Assembly: GCA_964639945.1 (NCBI GenBank)
Contig: CAZXHY010000003.1
Coordinates: 1 to 54,439 of the forward strand
Direction: 5' to 3'
DNA length: 54,439 nt
From: an uncultured Gammaproteobacteria bacterium
GTDB lineage: Bacteria; Patescibacteriota; Microgenomatia; UBA10105; UBA927
Positions 7,440 to 19,435 of the stretch are shown here, piece by piece (the stretch's first letter is position 1; each line of letters starts with the position of its first letter). The notes beneath the pieces are model-generated. The model did no database searches. It was not told where the DNA came from and saw only the letters and a list, made by a program, of their open reading frames with translations. A program made the position numbers and the translations under genes.

Positions 7440-8177
7440 TTAATCGAGTTGGTAGGTTAGGGTAACTGCTACTACCACCTCGTCCGTGCCTACCTCTATA
7501 TTGGTAGGTTCGCCTCCCCCAGCCATAGGGAGTGCTGATTTATCGAAGGTTTCCATCATAGGGCGTATTTCACCCCCAAACGATTCTTGGTAGTTTATGA
7601 TGCGTCCCAAGGTAAATCCTGCGATTTTGGCAGCACTTTGGGCTTTTTTCTTGGCTTCAGCGACAGCCAGTTTTCGAGCCTCATCTTCCGCTTTGGTTTT
7701 GTCGTCTATACCAAATGATATACCGCCAATTTGGTTGGCGCCGTTTGCAGAGGCTGCGTCTACCACTGAATTTGCGCGATCTATTTCTCTCACCTTTACA
7801 GTGAGATTGCTCGATGCATGATAGCCAGTTACACGCTGGGTGCTTGATGAATAATCATAGGTAGGGCTTATGTTGTAGTGCGATGTTTGCATGTCTTTGC
7901 TGTCTATACCGAGTTTTTTGACGGCAGAGGTCACTGCGTTCATTTTGGTATTGAGTTCTTGTTGCACCACTTTGACCGATGCGCCTTGTACGGTCACCCC
8001 AACGTTTACGAGGGCTATATCTGGAGATACCGTGACTTTTCCTTCGCCTGATACGCTAAAATTATCTGTTTTGGTTGATACGACGCTATTGAGCGAAAAA
8101 GGAATAGGACCGACAAGTTTTGTATAGGCAAACAAAAGAATAAAAAATGCGAGCACTGGAGTAAATGCGAGTTTCAT
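7440..8177 (-). CDS. SIMPL/DUF541 family secreted protein (paralog 1)
   Basis: 245 aa with an N-terminal signal/anchor (MKLAFTPVLAFFILLFA). The GEGKVTVSPD...A.V..GV and C-terminal V.VTLTYQL patterns are typical of SIMPL/26-kDa periplasmic immunogenic proteins. Confidence 0.75.
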   Translation of the reverse strand: MKLAFTPVLAFFILLFAYTKLVGPIPFSLNSVVSTKTDNFSVSGEGKVTVSPDIALVNVGVTVQGASVKVVQQELNTKMNAVTSAVKKLGIDSKDMQTSHYNISPTYDYSSSTQRVTGYHASSNLTVKVREIDRANSVVDAASANGANQIGGISFGIDDKTKAEDEARKLAVAEAKKKAQSAAKIAGFTLGRIINYQESFGGEIRPMMETFDKSALPMAGGGEPTNIEVGTDEVVVAVTLTYQLD

Positions 8178-8197
8178 AGAAATTTCCTTTCTTTATA

Positions 8198-9052
8198 TTA
8201 TTCTACAGCTTTTAGCAAATTTTGCATTAGGCAAGCGACATTTATGGGTCCGACTCCTCCTGGAGTTGGTGTGTACCACGAGACATGATGTTCGATTTCG
8301 GAGACTTCATAGTCTCCATGTAATTTGCCAGCGTCATCTCGCCAAATACCCACACTTATAAGAATAGCGCCAGCTTTGCTGTTTTGAGCGGTCACAATAT
8401 GTGGTTTTCCAACACAACTGACTATGACATCCGCCTGTTTCATAACAAGTTCTGGATCTGGTGTTTGTGAAGAAATCTGAGACGTCGCACAATTCAACGA
8501 TTGAAAGTAACGATAGATTGGTCCTCCAGCCGTCGTACCACGACCTATGACAACTACATTTTTTTCTCTTATCCACGACAAATACGAAGACTCATTACTA
8601 GCAAGGGGTTCCTTAGTTTCTGTACGGTAAATCTCTTTCAAACACTCCCCTACTGCAGATGACACTGGCACGATATACGACGTGTTTGGTAAAAATCCAT
8701 CAATATCTTTGGCTGGACTTATGCAGTCGAGAAGTTTTGATACGTCACCAATCTGTGTCGGTATTGGTCGTTGAACGATAAGTCCGTGTACCTGCGGGTC
8801 ATTGTTGTATTTTTTGATGAGATTCGCTAGCGCGTCTTTTGAAATCGTCGACGATTGATGATCAAAAATAACACTAGCACCTATCGTATCGGCAGCTTTT
8901 TGTTTTTGCTTTATGTATGCAAGCGATGCTGGATCATCTCCGACCAAAATAACTGCCATACATGGTACGATCCCACGTGTTTTGGCAGCAGTCACTTTTT
9001 CTGCAAGTGTTGCAAGTAATTTGGCACTGGTGGCACGTCCATCGATGATCAT
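8198..9052 (-). CDS. folD: Bifunctional methylenetetrahydrofolate dehydrogenase/cyclohydrolase
   Basis: 284 aa. Features are the MIIDGRA...A start, VILVGDDPAS, HGLIVQRP, VVVIGRG and TPTPGGVGP. Confidence 0.93.
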   Translation of the reverse strand: MIIDGRATSAKLLATLAEKVTAAKTRGIVPCMAVILVGDDPASLAYIKQKQKAADTIGASVIFDHQSSTISKDALANLIKKYNNDPQVHGLIVQRPIPTQIGDVSKLLDCISPAKDIDGFLPNTSYIVPVSSAVGECLKEIYRTETKEPLASNESSYLSWIREKNVVVIGRGTTAGGPIYRYFQSLNCATSQISSQTPDPELVMKQADVIVSCVGKPHIVTAQNSKAGAILISVGIWRDDAGKLHGDYEVSEIEHHVSWYTPTPGGVGPINVACLMQNLLKAVE

Positions 9053-9492
9053 GATAAAAGTTCAGTAATATCAGAAATTATTTCTTTGGCGTGCATGTTA
9101 GGATTTACATTTTCATAAATTTTGATGATAACGCCTGTAGCATCGATAAGGAATGAGGTGCGTTTTGGAAATAAAAAGCCATTGGTGCCATATGTTTCTA
9201 TAAGCGCTTTGTCGGTATCAGCTAGGAGAAGAAATGGTAAATCATATTTGTCTGCAAATTTTTTGTGGCTTTCCACCGAGTCGCTGCTAACGCCAACTAT
9301 GACAAGGTATTTGGCCAGTGCCTCGAAATTGTCTCGGAGTCCACATGCTTCGAGTGTACACCCCGGAGTATCATCTTTGGGATAAAAATATAAGAGAATC
9401 CATTTGCCGCGAAATTCTTCCAGAGAATGAGGTGTTCCTTCTTGGTCTTCCAGATTAAAGTCAGGTGCAGGCATTCCTGTGGTTATTTGCAT
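9049..9492 (-). CDS. bcp: Thioredoxin-dependent peroxiredoxin (Bcp type)
   Basis: 147 aa. LYFYPKDDTPGCTLEAC contains the peroxidatic Cys motif PxDxTPGCT. There is a 4-nt overlap with folD. Confidence 0.9.
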   Translation of the reverse strand: MQITTGMPAPDFNLEDQEGTPHSLEEFRGKWILLYFYPKDDTPGCTLEACGLRDNFEALAKYLVIVGVSSDSVESHKKFADKYDLPFLLLADTDKALIETYGTNGFLFPKRTSFLIDATGVIIKIYENVNPNMHAKEIISDITELLS

Positions 9493-9524
9493 TATAGAGA
9501 TATTTTATACTACCAAGCGCGTGA

Positions 9525-9554
9525 TTGACAGGAGAGGGTGCAATACCGTTATAT
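9525..9554 (+). promoter_or_regulatory. Putative promoter of SIMPL paralog 2 (TTGACA - 18 nt - TTATAT)
   Basis: -35 TTGACA at 9525-9530 and an AT-rich -10 at 9549-9554. AAGGAG RBS at 9561-9566. Confidence 0.35.
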
Positions 9555-9573
9555 AGATATAAGGAGAAATTTT

Positions 9574-10308
9574 ATGCAAGATAAATCTGGGGTTGCAGTT
9601 ATCGTGAGTAGTGTTCTTGTTTGTATGCTTATTGCGGTTGGCGCACTCTTTTTGCCGTCATGGGGTAGATTTCAGGTGCAACCAATTCAAAGTATTACGG
9701 TCGTAGGAGAAGCCAAATCTCAGGAAAAGTCTCAAATTGCTGTGTTTAGCGCAGGAGTAAATGCCTATAACGACGACAAACAAGCTGCGATAAATGATGT
9801 AAACACAAAAGTAAACGCCATCATTGAAGCTGCCAAAGAGTTTGGGATAAAGCCAGATGATATAAAAACTCAGAGCCTCAACATTTATCAAAATCAGGAT
9901 AGTTATTACGAAGATGGAAGACAGAAGTTTCGCCCTGGGCAATGGAACGTGGGAAATACGGTAGAGATTAAGCTTCGTGACGTGGATCGTGCATCAACAC
10001 TCGCTAGCATTCTCTCTAAAGGTGGAGCGACCAATGTAAACGGTCCAAACTTTAGTTTTGATGATACGTCTACTGCGTCAGATGCGCTCATAAATGAAGC
10101 GCTTATCAACGCCAAGTCAAAAGCGGAAAAAATCGCTCAATCTGCAAGCCGTAAATTAGGCAAAATTGTAAACGTCACAGAGGGTACTGATGTATCAGCA
10201 CCAATCTACATGTTTCGAGGTGAGGCAGGCGGCGGAGGCGGCGGAGGGGTAGCTCCTGGGAGTGGTACCGTATACAAAACAGTCACTGTTACGTACGCGC
10301 TCGAATAA
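9574..10308 (+). CDS. SIMPL/DUF541 family secreted protein (paralog 2)
   Basis: The track ORF starts at a GTG at 9538. The ATG at 9574 is preferred because of the AAGGAG 8 nt upstream. It has a TM anchor, then the SIMPL pattern (ITVVGEA..., ...TVTVTYALE). A Gly7 run is encoded by (GGCGGCGGA)x2 at 10228-10249. Confidence 0.75.
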   Translation: MQDKSGVAVIVSSVLVCMLIAVGALFLPSWGRFQVQPIQSITVVGEAKSQEKSQIAVFSAGVNAYNDDKQAAINDVNTKVNAIIEAAKEFGIKPDDIKTQSLNIYQNQDSYYEDGRQKFRPGQWNVGNTVEIKLRDVDRASTLASILSKGGATNVNGPNFSFDDTSTASDALINEALINAKSKAEKIAQSASRKLGKIVNVTEGTDVSAPIYMFRGEAGGGGGGGVAPGSGTVYKTVTVTYALE

Positions 10309-10318
10309 TAGTTCGTGG

Positions 10319-10672
10319 CTATCGGCGTATTCGTAAATCAAAATATCGAGGAGTAGTTCGAGACTTTCCTAGCTTTAGCCATTCTCTTGCGGTATCTAAC
10401 TCTTCTTTTGAAATATATTCTGCCTTTCTTGATCGTTTCAGATTATCTAACACTTGTTTGTTTCCCCATTGTGGACCTAGTGAAATAACATTATCTAATC
10501 GTTCGATTTTGATTGGGTGAATAAGAAAACCACATGTATAGTCGTAGACCATGGTGAAGATAGGAGAGGTGCTTCCTATCTGTTTTTCGGCATCTCCTGG
10601 ATCTAGGATTACTCTTACAAATCTTTGATCTTCGAATGATATTGTGCGTAACCACTTTAATTCAGCTTGCAT
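10319..10672 (-). CDS. Hypothetical protein
   Basis: 117-aa ORF with no recognisable motif and a compact intergenic context. Confidence 0.45.
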   Translation of the reverse strand: MQAELKWLRTISFEDQRFVRVILDPGDAEKQIGSTSPIFTMVYDYTCGFLIHPIKIERLDNVISLGPQWGNKQVLDNLKRSRKAEYISKEELDTAREWLKLGKSRTTPRYFDLRIRR

Positions 10673-10777
10673 AGGGTCGTTCTCAAAATGTAAATATTTC
10701 TTAGAGGCAGGTCGAAGCTATGATAATACCATTTTTACCTATAAAAGGCAGTAGGGTGATCCGAAAGATGAAAATAT

Positions 10778-13321
10778 TTATTTGGTGAGGCAGGTAGCGG
10801 CGGCAATCGTGTCATTTTTATCCGTGAAGCGCATCAGGATGACGCCACTGGTCGCACGAGACAATTTCGGCACGGATTTGATAGGAAGCTTCACCACCTG
10901 ACCTTTGTTTGAGGTCAATATTACCTCTTCGCAATCTGGTGGAACGAGTTGTGATACAACCACTTTTCCAGTTTTTGGTTTGATTTCAGCGACTTTTACC
11001 CCTTGTCCCCCACGTCGTTGTTTTGGAAATCCTGACACTTCTGTCTTTTTTCCTATCCCTTTTTCCATGACCGTGAGGAACTCACCTTTTTTGGCTAGAT
11101 CATCTATGACATCCATGCTTACGACAGAATCTTCAGGTTTGAGCATGACTCCTCGGACACCCATGGTGTCGCGCCCTGTGTGACGCACTTCTCCCTCGGC
11201 AAACCTGATAGATTTTCCATCATGGGACACAAGGAGGATATCATCCTCGCCACTGGTAAGTTTTGCCCAAATGAGCTGGTCTCCGCTTTCAAGTTTTATG
11301 GATACAAGGCCATTACGTCGAATATTTTCAAATTCTGAAAGTTTTGTCTTTTTTACCACACCACGTTTGGTGGCCATAAATATATAGGCAATGCCTTTTT
11401 CTTTCTGCTCATTTCGTTTCAAGCTATAGGAAAGCATAGAGGTAACTTTTTCTGAGCTTTCGATATTGATAAGGTTTACGACTGCCTGTCCTTTTGACTG
11501 ACGACTGGCTTCTGGAATATCCCAGACTCGAACTTGATATACTTTTCCTTTATCGGTAAAGAATAACATGTTGTCGTGTGTTTCTGCGGATATAAGTTTG
11601 TCGATCGCATCTTCTTCTTTGGTGGTCATGCCGATGACCCCTTTACCACCGCGTTCCTGAAGCTTGAATGTGCTTCGTGGAACACGTTTTATGTAGCCCG
11701 TTTCGGTCATGGTGATAATGGTTTCTTCGTTGGCTATAAGCTGTTCATCCGAGAGTTCTCCCACCTTGCTCTTGTAGACTTTGGTTCGTCTGGCATCGCC
11801 ATATTTTTCTTTGAGTTTGGCTAGTTCATCTTTGACGACTTTCAGAATTTTTTCTGGGTGCTCCAAAAGATCAAGCAAATACGCTATTGTTTCGCGTATC
11901 ATGGCGAGTTCGTCTTCGATTTTCTGTCGCTCAAGGGCGGCGAGCTTACGAAGTTGCATGTCCAAAATTGCTGTTGTCTGAATTTCTGAGAGACCAAATC
12001 GTGCCATAAGTTTCTTCTTGGCTTCATCTGCATCTTTACTTTTTTTGATAATAGAGATGACTTCGTCGATATGGTCAACGGCAATTTTAAGTCCTTCGAG
12101 TATGTGTTCACGAGCTCTTGCTTCTTTGAGTTCAAATTCACTGCGTTTTCGGATCACATTATGTCGGTGTTTAATGTATTCCTCTAGTATTTCGCGAAGT
12201 GTGAGCGTTTTTGGCGTGCCATCGACGAGGGCCACCATGTTTACTGGGAACGATGTTTGCAGTTCGGTAAACTTGTACAAGTTGTTTAAGACTTTGTTAG
12301 GTTGAGCGTCGCGTTTGAGTTCTACATAGACACGAATTCCGCGGCGATCAGATTCATCCCGAAGATCAGAGATACCTTCGAGTTTCTTTTCTTTTACAAG
12401 ATCTGCAATGCGAGCCACAAGATTTGCTTTGTTTACTTGGTACGGGAGTTCTGTGATAGAGATTGCACTTTTTCCATTGGCTATTTCTTCGATTTCTGCT
12501 TTTCCGCGAATAATGATTTTACCGCGTCCTGTGGCATATGCATTTCGGATCTCGTTTATATCGTAGATTGCTCCTGCCGTTGGAAAATCTGGTCCGGTTA
12601 CAAATTGCATAAGATCTTCTAAATCTGCGTCAAATGTCATGATAGGCGCTTCTGGATTGGGTGCATATTCACCTTTTGCAAGCTTTTTGTCTTCTTTTAC
12701 CACTGGCCTTTTTTCTATTTTGACTTTGCCAATCATGTAATTGATCGCGTCGATAATTTCGGTCAGGTTGTGTGGCGGAATTTTTGTCGCCATACCGACT
12801 GCGATACCTTCACTTCCAGCCAAAAGTAGGTTTGGAAGTTTGGCAGGAAGTACATCCGGTTCTTCTATGGACCCATCAAAGTTTGGAGAAAAACTTACCG
12901 TCTCTTTCTCGATGTCGAGAAGCATCTCGTCGGCTATTGCCGCAAGCTTTGCTTCTGTGTACCGCATGGCAGCTGGTGGATCTCCGTCTATGGATCCAAA
13001 GTTTCCTTGGCCGTCAACCAGTGGATATCGCATCGAAAATTGCTGTGCTAAGCGCACCATGGCATCATAGACCGAGGAATCTCCGTGCGGGTGATACTTT
13101 CCAAGAACTTCTCCAACCACTGTTGCGCTTTTTCTATATTTTGCACTGTGATGCAATCCTACTTGGTGCATGGCAAAGAGAATTCTGCGATGTACGGGTT
13201 TTAACCCATCTCGCACATCAGGAAGTGCACGTGCTACGATGACACTCATAGCATAGTCCATGTAGGACTTTTGCATTTCTGCGACTATCTCAGATGGTTG
13301 AATTTTCCCTATTGCTGCCAT
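10778..13321 (-). CDS. gyrA: DNA gyrase subunit A
   Basis: 847 aa. Features are [11 protein letters not shown], the active-site AAMRYTE (Tyr), the QRDR-like [10 protein letters not shown] and C-terminal beta-pinwheel repeats. Confidence 0.97.
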   Translation of the reverse strand: MAAIGKIQPSEIVAEMQKSYMDYAMSVIVARALPDVRDGLKPVHRRILFAMHQVGLHHSAKYRKSATVVGEVLGKYHPHGDSSVYDAMVRLAQQFSMRYPLVDGQGNFGSIDGDPPAAMRYTEAKLAAIADEMLLDIEKETVSFSPNFDGSIEEPDVLPAKLPNLLLAGSEGIAVGMATKIPPHNLTEIIDAINYMIGKVKIEKRPVVKEDKKLAKGEYAPNPEAPIMTFDADLEDLMQFVTGPDFPTAGAIYDINEIRNAYATGRGKIIIRGKAEIEEIANGKSAISITELPYQVNKANLVARIADLVKEKKLEGISDLRDESDRRGIRVYVELKRDAQPNKVLNNLYKFTELQTSFPVNMVALVDGTPKTLTLREILEEYIKHRHNVIRKRSEFELKEARAREHILEGLKIAVDHIDEVISIIKKSKDADEAKKKLMARFGLSEIQTTAILDMQLRKLAALERQKIEDELAMIRETIAYLLDLLEHPEKILKVVKDELAKLKEKYGDARRTKVYKSKVGELSDEQLIANEETIITMTETGYIKRVPRSTFKLQERGGKGVIGMTTKEEDAIDKLISAETHDNMLFFTDKGKVYQVRVWDIPEASRQSKGQAVVNLINIESSEKVTSMLSYSLKRNEQKEKGIAYIFMATKRGVVKKTKLSEFENIRRNGLVSIKLESGDQLIWAKLTSGEDDILLVSHDGKSIRFAEGEVRHTGRDTMGVRGVMLKPEDSVVSMDVIDDLAKKGEFLTVMEKGIGKKTEVSGFPKQRRGGQGVKVAEIKPKTGKVVVSQLVPPDCEEVILTSNKGQVVKLPIKSVPKLSRATSGVILMRFTDKNDTIAAATCLTK

Positions 13322-13327
13322 AGTTGT

Positions 13328-13849
13328 TTAGTGATGTGCGGCTATACCGTCTGTTATTTCTTTTTCTGCCACCGCGCGGCCTTTCCATTCCTTGAGTTTT
13401 ACCCATTTCCCTGCTTCTAATTCTTTGTAGTGTTCAAAGAAGTGTTTGATTTTGGCCTTTATCGGTTCTGGGATATCAGAAACATCCTTCCAGACGCCAT
13501 AGAGTGGATCAGATTTTTCGGTGGGAACTGCGACCACTTTCGCATCAACCCCAGATTCATCTTCCATCTCAAGTAGTCCAATCGGAACCACGTTCACCAT
13601 AGTTCCGGGGTGTAGTGGTTGGCTACAAAGCACCATGACATCGACGGGGTCCCCATCTCCACTCATTGTGTTTGGTACAAATCCATAATTGGCTGGGTAC
13701 CCCATGGTGGTACGGACAAAGCGATCTACCATGATAATTTCTGCCTCTTTATCCATCTCATACTTCACCATACATCCTTCTGGGATTTCGATGATGACAT
13801 TTATGTCTTGTGGTGGATTTTTTCCTGCTTTAATTTTAGATAGGTTCAT
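13328..13849 (-). CDS. ppa: Inorganic pyrophosphatase (family I)
   Basis: 173 aa. Motifs are YPANYGFVPNT and DGDPVDV. Confidence 0.93.
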   Translation of the reverse strand: MNLSKIKAGKNPPQDINVIIEIPEGCMVKYEMDKEAEIIMVDRFVRTTMGYPANYGFVPNTMSGDGDPVDVMVLCSQPLHPGTMVNVVPIGLLEMEDESGVDAKVVAVPTEKSDPLYGVWKDVSDIPEPIKAKIKHFFEHYKELEAGKWVKLKEWKGRAVAEKEITDGIAAHH

Positions 13850-13875
13850 ATGCCTCCTTTGAATAAAACAATATA

Positions 13876-15786
<1,911 letters not shown>

Positions 15787-15808
15787 TTAGTATCAGTTTG
15801 AAAGACAA

Positions 15809-15828
15809 CCCCGACGGTCATGTCGGGG
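15809..15828 (-). promoter_or_regulatory. GC-rich hairpin CCCCGAC-N6-GTCGGGG in the gyrB 5' leader / holB 3' region
   Basis: A 7-bp perfect stem read directly, 26 nt upstream of the gyrB ATG. On the minus strand it is followed by the interrupted T-rich run TTGTCTTTC. Confidence 0.4.
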
Positions 15829-15839
15829 GCTATAAAACC

Positions 15840-15868
15840 ATTGTACACAACATCCACAGGCTTGTCTA
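15840..15868 (-). promoter_or_regulatory. Putative gyrB promoter (TAGACA - 17 nt - TACAAT)
   Basis: On the minus strand, -35 is at 15868-15863 (overlapping the holB stop codon) and -10 TACAAT at 15845-15840. Confidence 0.4.
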
Positions 15869-16537
15869 CATAATATTTACATCATTTGCAGTTATAAATA
15901 TATGTTCGATATAGAGAGACAAATTTATATTTGTTCCTTCATATTTTTTCGCTGTAAGCAGTCTATGCAGGAGGGTTGCATCATGTAAATTTGCTTCCTT
16001 CGAATTGAGCATATGCGAGCGAATTGCGGCGATAGAACGAGATAAGAATTCGGATAGTTCTTCTTTTGTTTTACCGAGTGTCGCGCATATGCGCAGTTTT
16101 TCTCCGCGACTTGCCTCTTGGAGCGCCGTTATCTCTTTCCATGCTAATTCCAATTCTGTATCGGTGTAGGAGGGCGCTGTCGCGATCGATATCACCTGAC
16201 ATCGCGAAATGATGGTAGGCAAAAGCACAGAAGTGTTTGGGACGCTGATGATTATACGTACTGTTTCTGGAGGTTCTTCAAGTGTTTTAAGTAGTGCTTG
16301 GGATGCAGCTGCACTAAGAAGTTCTCCGTGTGGAATGATGCCGGCATGGAGTGATGATTGACTGGGTTTAAGTTGTAACGATGAGATAAACGTTCGAATT
16401 TGTGCAATGCTTACTGAATTTTCTTCAGCTTCTAGGCGAAGCACATCGAATGGGTGTATGTTCCATTCTTTTGTAAGTATTGCGGCAGATGCGTCCCTCT
16501 GGGTATCAGTTCCTCCACGTATTATATATGAATGCAT
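15866..16537 (-). CDS. holB: DNA polymerase III delta-prime-like clamp-loader subunit (short form)
   Basis: 223 aa. Motifs are ALLKTLEEPP and IISRCQVI (SRC motif). There is no intact P-loop (GGTDTQR in its place), and it is about 100 aa shorter than E. coli HolB. Confidence 0.75.
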   Translation of the reverse strand: MHSYIIRGGTDTQRDASAAILTKEWNIHPFDVLRLEAEENSVSIAQIRTFISSLQLKPSQSSLHAGIIPHGELLSAAASQALLKTLEEPPETVRIIISVPNTSVLLPTIISRCQVISIATAPSYTDTELELAWKEITALQEASRGEKLRICATLGKTKEELSEFLSRSIAAIRSHMLNSKEANLHDATLLHRLLTAKKYEGTNINLSLYIEHIFITANDVNIM

Positions 16538-16631
16538 AGGCTAGTTTGAGTATATGGATTACCCTTGCAATAATCCTCAGTGTGAATAATACTATTAATA
16601 GAGAATAGTTTACAGTTGACGATTTTTATAT

Positions 16632-18353
16632 ATGCCAGCTACTGCCCAAGATATATTGAGCGCGTTAGTTACTGCAAAGAAGCTATCGCAAGATATAGCC
16701 GATACCATTCGCGTACAATCTCTTAACACGGGTGAATCCGTGGAGGAGCTTTTGAAACGAAAACGCTTCGTAAGTGATGAAGATTTTTCTCGCGCTCGTG
16801 CAGAATCACTCGGAATTCCATTTGTGACATTGGGTGGGCGTGCAATTACACCAGATGTGGTAAATTTTATTCCTGAACCTGTAGCACGCAGATATACGCT
16901 GGTTCCATACGAACTGGAAGCCGGTGACAAAGGAGCGCTCTCTGTTGCCATGCTAGATCCTTTGGATTTTCAGATTGTCGAATTTTTGGAGAAAAAATCT
17001 GGTCGACCGATTAAGCCGCACATGGCATTGGCTGATGACATAGCAAGCGCCATAGAGGAGCTCTATACCCAAAATCTTGGTGCAGACGTGACTGCAGCGC
17101 TTGAAGAGACAGCACCGTCGATCAAAACCTACGAAGCTGGAAAGTTAGGCGAGGTTATTCGTGAAGCACCTATCGCACAAATTGTGTCTGCAGTTCTTGA
17201 GCAGGCAATCCGGATACGTGCAAGTGACGTACATATAGAGCCCCAAGAGGGTGAATCTCGTGTGCGTTATCGAGTAGACGGTATTCTACAGGAACGACTT
17301 GTGCTCCCCCGAAGGCTGCATGAAGCTGTGGTTTCTCGTATAAAAATTTTAGGAGAAATGAAAATAGACGAAAAACGTATTCCTCAAGACGGTCGGTTTA
17401 ACTTCAAAATGGGAGAGAGTGAGGTGGATCTTCGTGTCTCTACCTTGCCTACCGTGCACGGAGAGAAGATTGTTATGCGTTTGTTAAAAAAATCAGGTGG
17501 TATACCTACGTTGGGCGATCTAGGGTTACGGGGACTTGCGTTGCGCAATCTACAGGACGGCATAAGTCGTCCACATGGGATTATTTTGATCACTGGTCCT
17601 ACGGGATCTGGTAAAACAACAACGCTTTATTCTATTTTGGCTATATTGAATAATACAAAAGTGAATATTATGACGCTTGAAGATCCGGTCGAGTATCAGA
17701 TCAGCGGGATCAATCAAGTACAGATTAATCCTCAGGCAGGACTTACCTTTTCTACAGGATTACGCTCGTTCTTGCGACAAGATCCAAATATTATTTTGGT
17801 AGGAGAAATTCGTGATAAAGAAACGACAGAGTTGGCTATCCAAGCAGCTCTTACTGGTCATTTAGTGTTTTCGACTCTGCATACCAATAATGCCGCTGGT
17901 GCTATCCCCCGTCTTATAGACTTGGGAGCGGAGCCATTTTTGGTGGCATCTGCACTCAATGCTGTAGCTGGACAGCGTATTGCTCGTCAGATTTGCCCGA
18001 CCTGCAAAGAAGAATATACACCCGATGGGGCTGTCATCGATGACATAAAAAAAGTTGTTGGATCGCTATGGCCAACTGATAAACCCATGAGGCTGTATCG
18101 AGGAAAAGGTGTCTCAAATGATGTGTCGTGTGAGACGTGTGCTGGGTCTGGTTATTTGGGTCGTGTCGGCGTTTTTGAACTTTTTCCGGTATCTGATGCT
18201 GTGAGTAAATTGACGTTATCGCGGGCGACTATGAAAGAGATTGAAGATCAAGCGGTTAAAGACGGAATGATTACTATGAAGCAGGATGGGTATCTAAAGG
18301 CGCTTGAGGGAACTACAACGCTTGAGGAAGTGTTGCGAGTGGCACAAGACTAA
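16632..18353 (+). CDS. pilB: Type IV pilus assembly ATPase PilB (GspE family)
   Basis: 573 aa with an N-terminal T2SSE_N-like domain, Walker A GPTGSGKTT, Asp/His boxes and the tetracysteine CPTCK...CETCAGSG. Confidence 0.95.
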   Translation: MPATAQDILSALVTAKKLSQDIADTIRVQSLNTGESVEELLKRKRFVSDEDFSRARAESLGIPFVTLGGRAITPDVVNFIPEPVARRYTLVPYELEAGDKGALSVAMLDPLDFQIVEFLEKKSGRPIKPHMALADDIASAIEELYTQNLGADVTAALEETAPSIKTYEAGKLGEVIREAPIAQIVSAVLEQAIRIRASDVHIEPQEGESRVRYRVDGILQERLVLPRRLHEAVVSRIKILGEMKIDEKRIPQDGRFNFKMGESEVDLRVSTLPTVHGEKIVMRLLKKSGGIPTLGDLGLRGLALRNLQDGISRPHGIILITGPTGSGKTTTLYSILAILNNTKVNIMTLEDPVEYQISGINQVQINPQAGLTFSTGLRSFLRQDPNIILVGEIRDKETTELAIQAALTGHLVFSTLHTNNAAGAIPRLIDLGAEPFLVASALNAVAGQRIARQICPTCKEEYTPDGAVIDDIKKVVGSLWPTDKPMRLYRGKGVSNDVSCETCAGSGYLGRVGVFELFPVSDAVSKLTLSRATMKEIEDQAVKDGMITMKQDGYLKALEGTTTLEEVLRVAQD

Positions 18354-18355
18354 CT

Positions 18356-19417
18356 ATGGATATACATGTTCTTTTTTCGGAAGCGGTGAGACTAGAGGCG
18401 TCAGACCTGCATTTAATTGTAGGATTCCAGCCGATGTTGCGCGTGTCCGGAGTGCTTTTGCCGGTTGCTGGATCGACTGTCCTCAATAATGAACAAGCAT
18501 TAGCGCTTGTCGAGTCTACGCTCTCTCCTGAGCAAAAAGATATTTTTGCCACGAATAAAGAAATCGATTACTCGTTGGGTACTCCTGCAGGTCGTTTTCG
18601 TGTCAACGCATATTATCAGAAAAATTCTGTTGCTGCGGCTTTTCGTTTGATACCCGGAAAAATTAAAGGAATTGACGCATTGGGACTGCCAAATATTTGT
18701 CGGGAATTTGTAAAACTTCGTCAGGGACTTATCCTTGTCACAGGACCCACTGGGCACGGAAAATCCACAACGCTTGCGGCGATGATAAATTCTATCAATC
18801 AAACTAAAGGTGTGCACATTATCACCATCGAAGATCCTATCGAATATGTATATCCCGCTGCGATGTCGTTGGTGTCTCAGCGAGAAATGCATGGAGATAC
18901 TCATTCTTGGAATGTTGCACTACGCTCAGTATTGCGAGAGGACCCAGATGTTGTATTGATCGGAGAAATGCGAGATTTTGAGACTATTCAAGCAGCACTG
19001 ACGATTGCCGAAACTGGTCATTTGGTTTTTGCCACACTTCACACAAACTCCGCAGCACAAACAGTAGATCGTATTGTGGACGTGTTTCCTGAAAATCAAC
19101 AAACGCAAGTGCGACTACAGCTTTCGAGTGCACTCGAGGGAATCCTTTCATTGCGTTTGATCCCAGCTGTTGCTGGTGGTCGCGTGCCTGTCGCTGAAAT
19201 TTTAACCGCTACTCCTGCTGTGAAAACACTTATTCGTGAAGGAAAAACGCACCAGCTGGACAATATCATTCAAACATCAGCAGAATTTGGCATGGTGACT
19301 CTTGAGGCGGCACTAGCGGCTTTGGTAAAGGCAGGAAAAATAAGCATTGATGTCGCCTCCTCGTATGCAATTCGTCCTGAGGAGCTTGGGAGATTGATTA
19401 AAACAGTTATTGCATAA
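18356..19417 (+). CDS. pilT: Type IV pilus retraction ATPase PilT
   Basis: 353 aa. It has Walker A GPTGHGKST, a GHLVFATLHTN His box and a PilT-type C-terminus (REGKTHQLDNIIQT). Confidence 0.93.
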   Translation: MDIHVLFSEAVRLEASDLHLIVGFQPMLRVSGVLLPVAGSTVLNNEQALALVESTLSPEQKDIFATNKEIDYSLGTPAGRFRVNAYYQKNSVAAAFRLIPGKIKGIDALGLPNICREFVKLRQGLILVTGPTGHGKSTTLAAMINSINQTKGVHIITIEDPIEYVYPAAMSLVSQREMHGDTHSWNVALRSVLREDPDVVLIGEMRDFETIQAALTIAETGHLVFATLHTNSAAQTVDRIVDVFPENQQTQVRLQLSSALEGILSLRLIPAVAGGRVPVAEILTATPAVKTLIREGKTHQLDNIIQTSAEFGMVTLEAALAALVKAGKISIDVASSYAIRPEELGRLIKTVIA

Positions 19418-19435
19418 CAAGGAGCTCCATAATAT

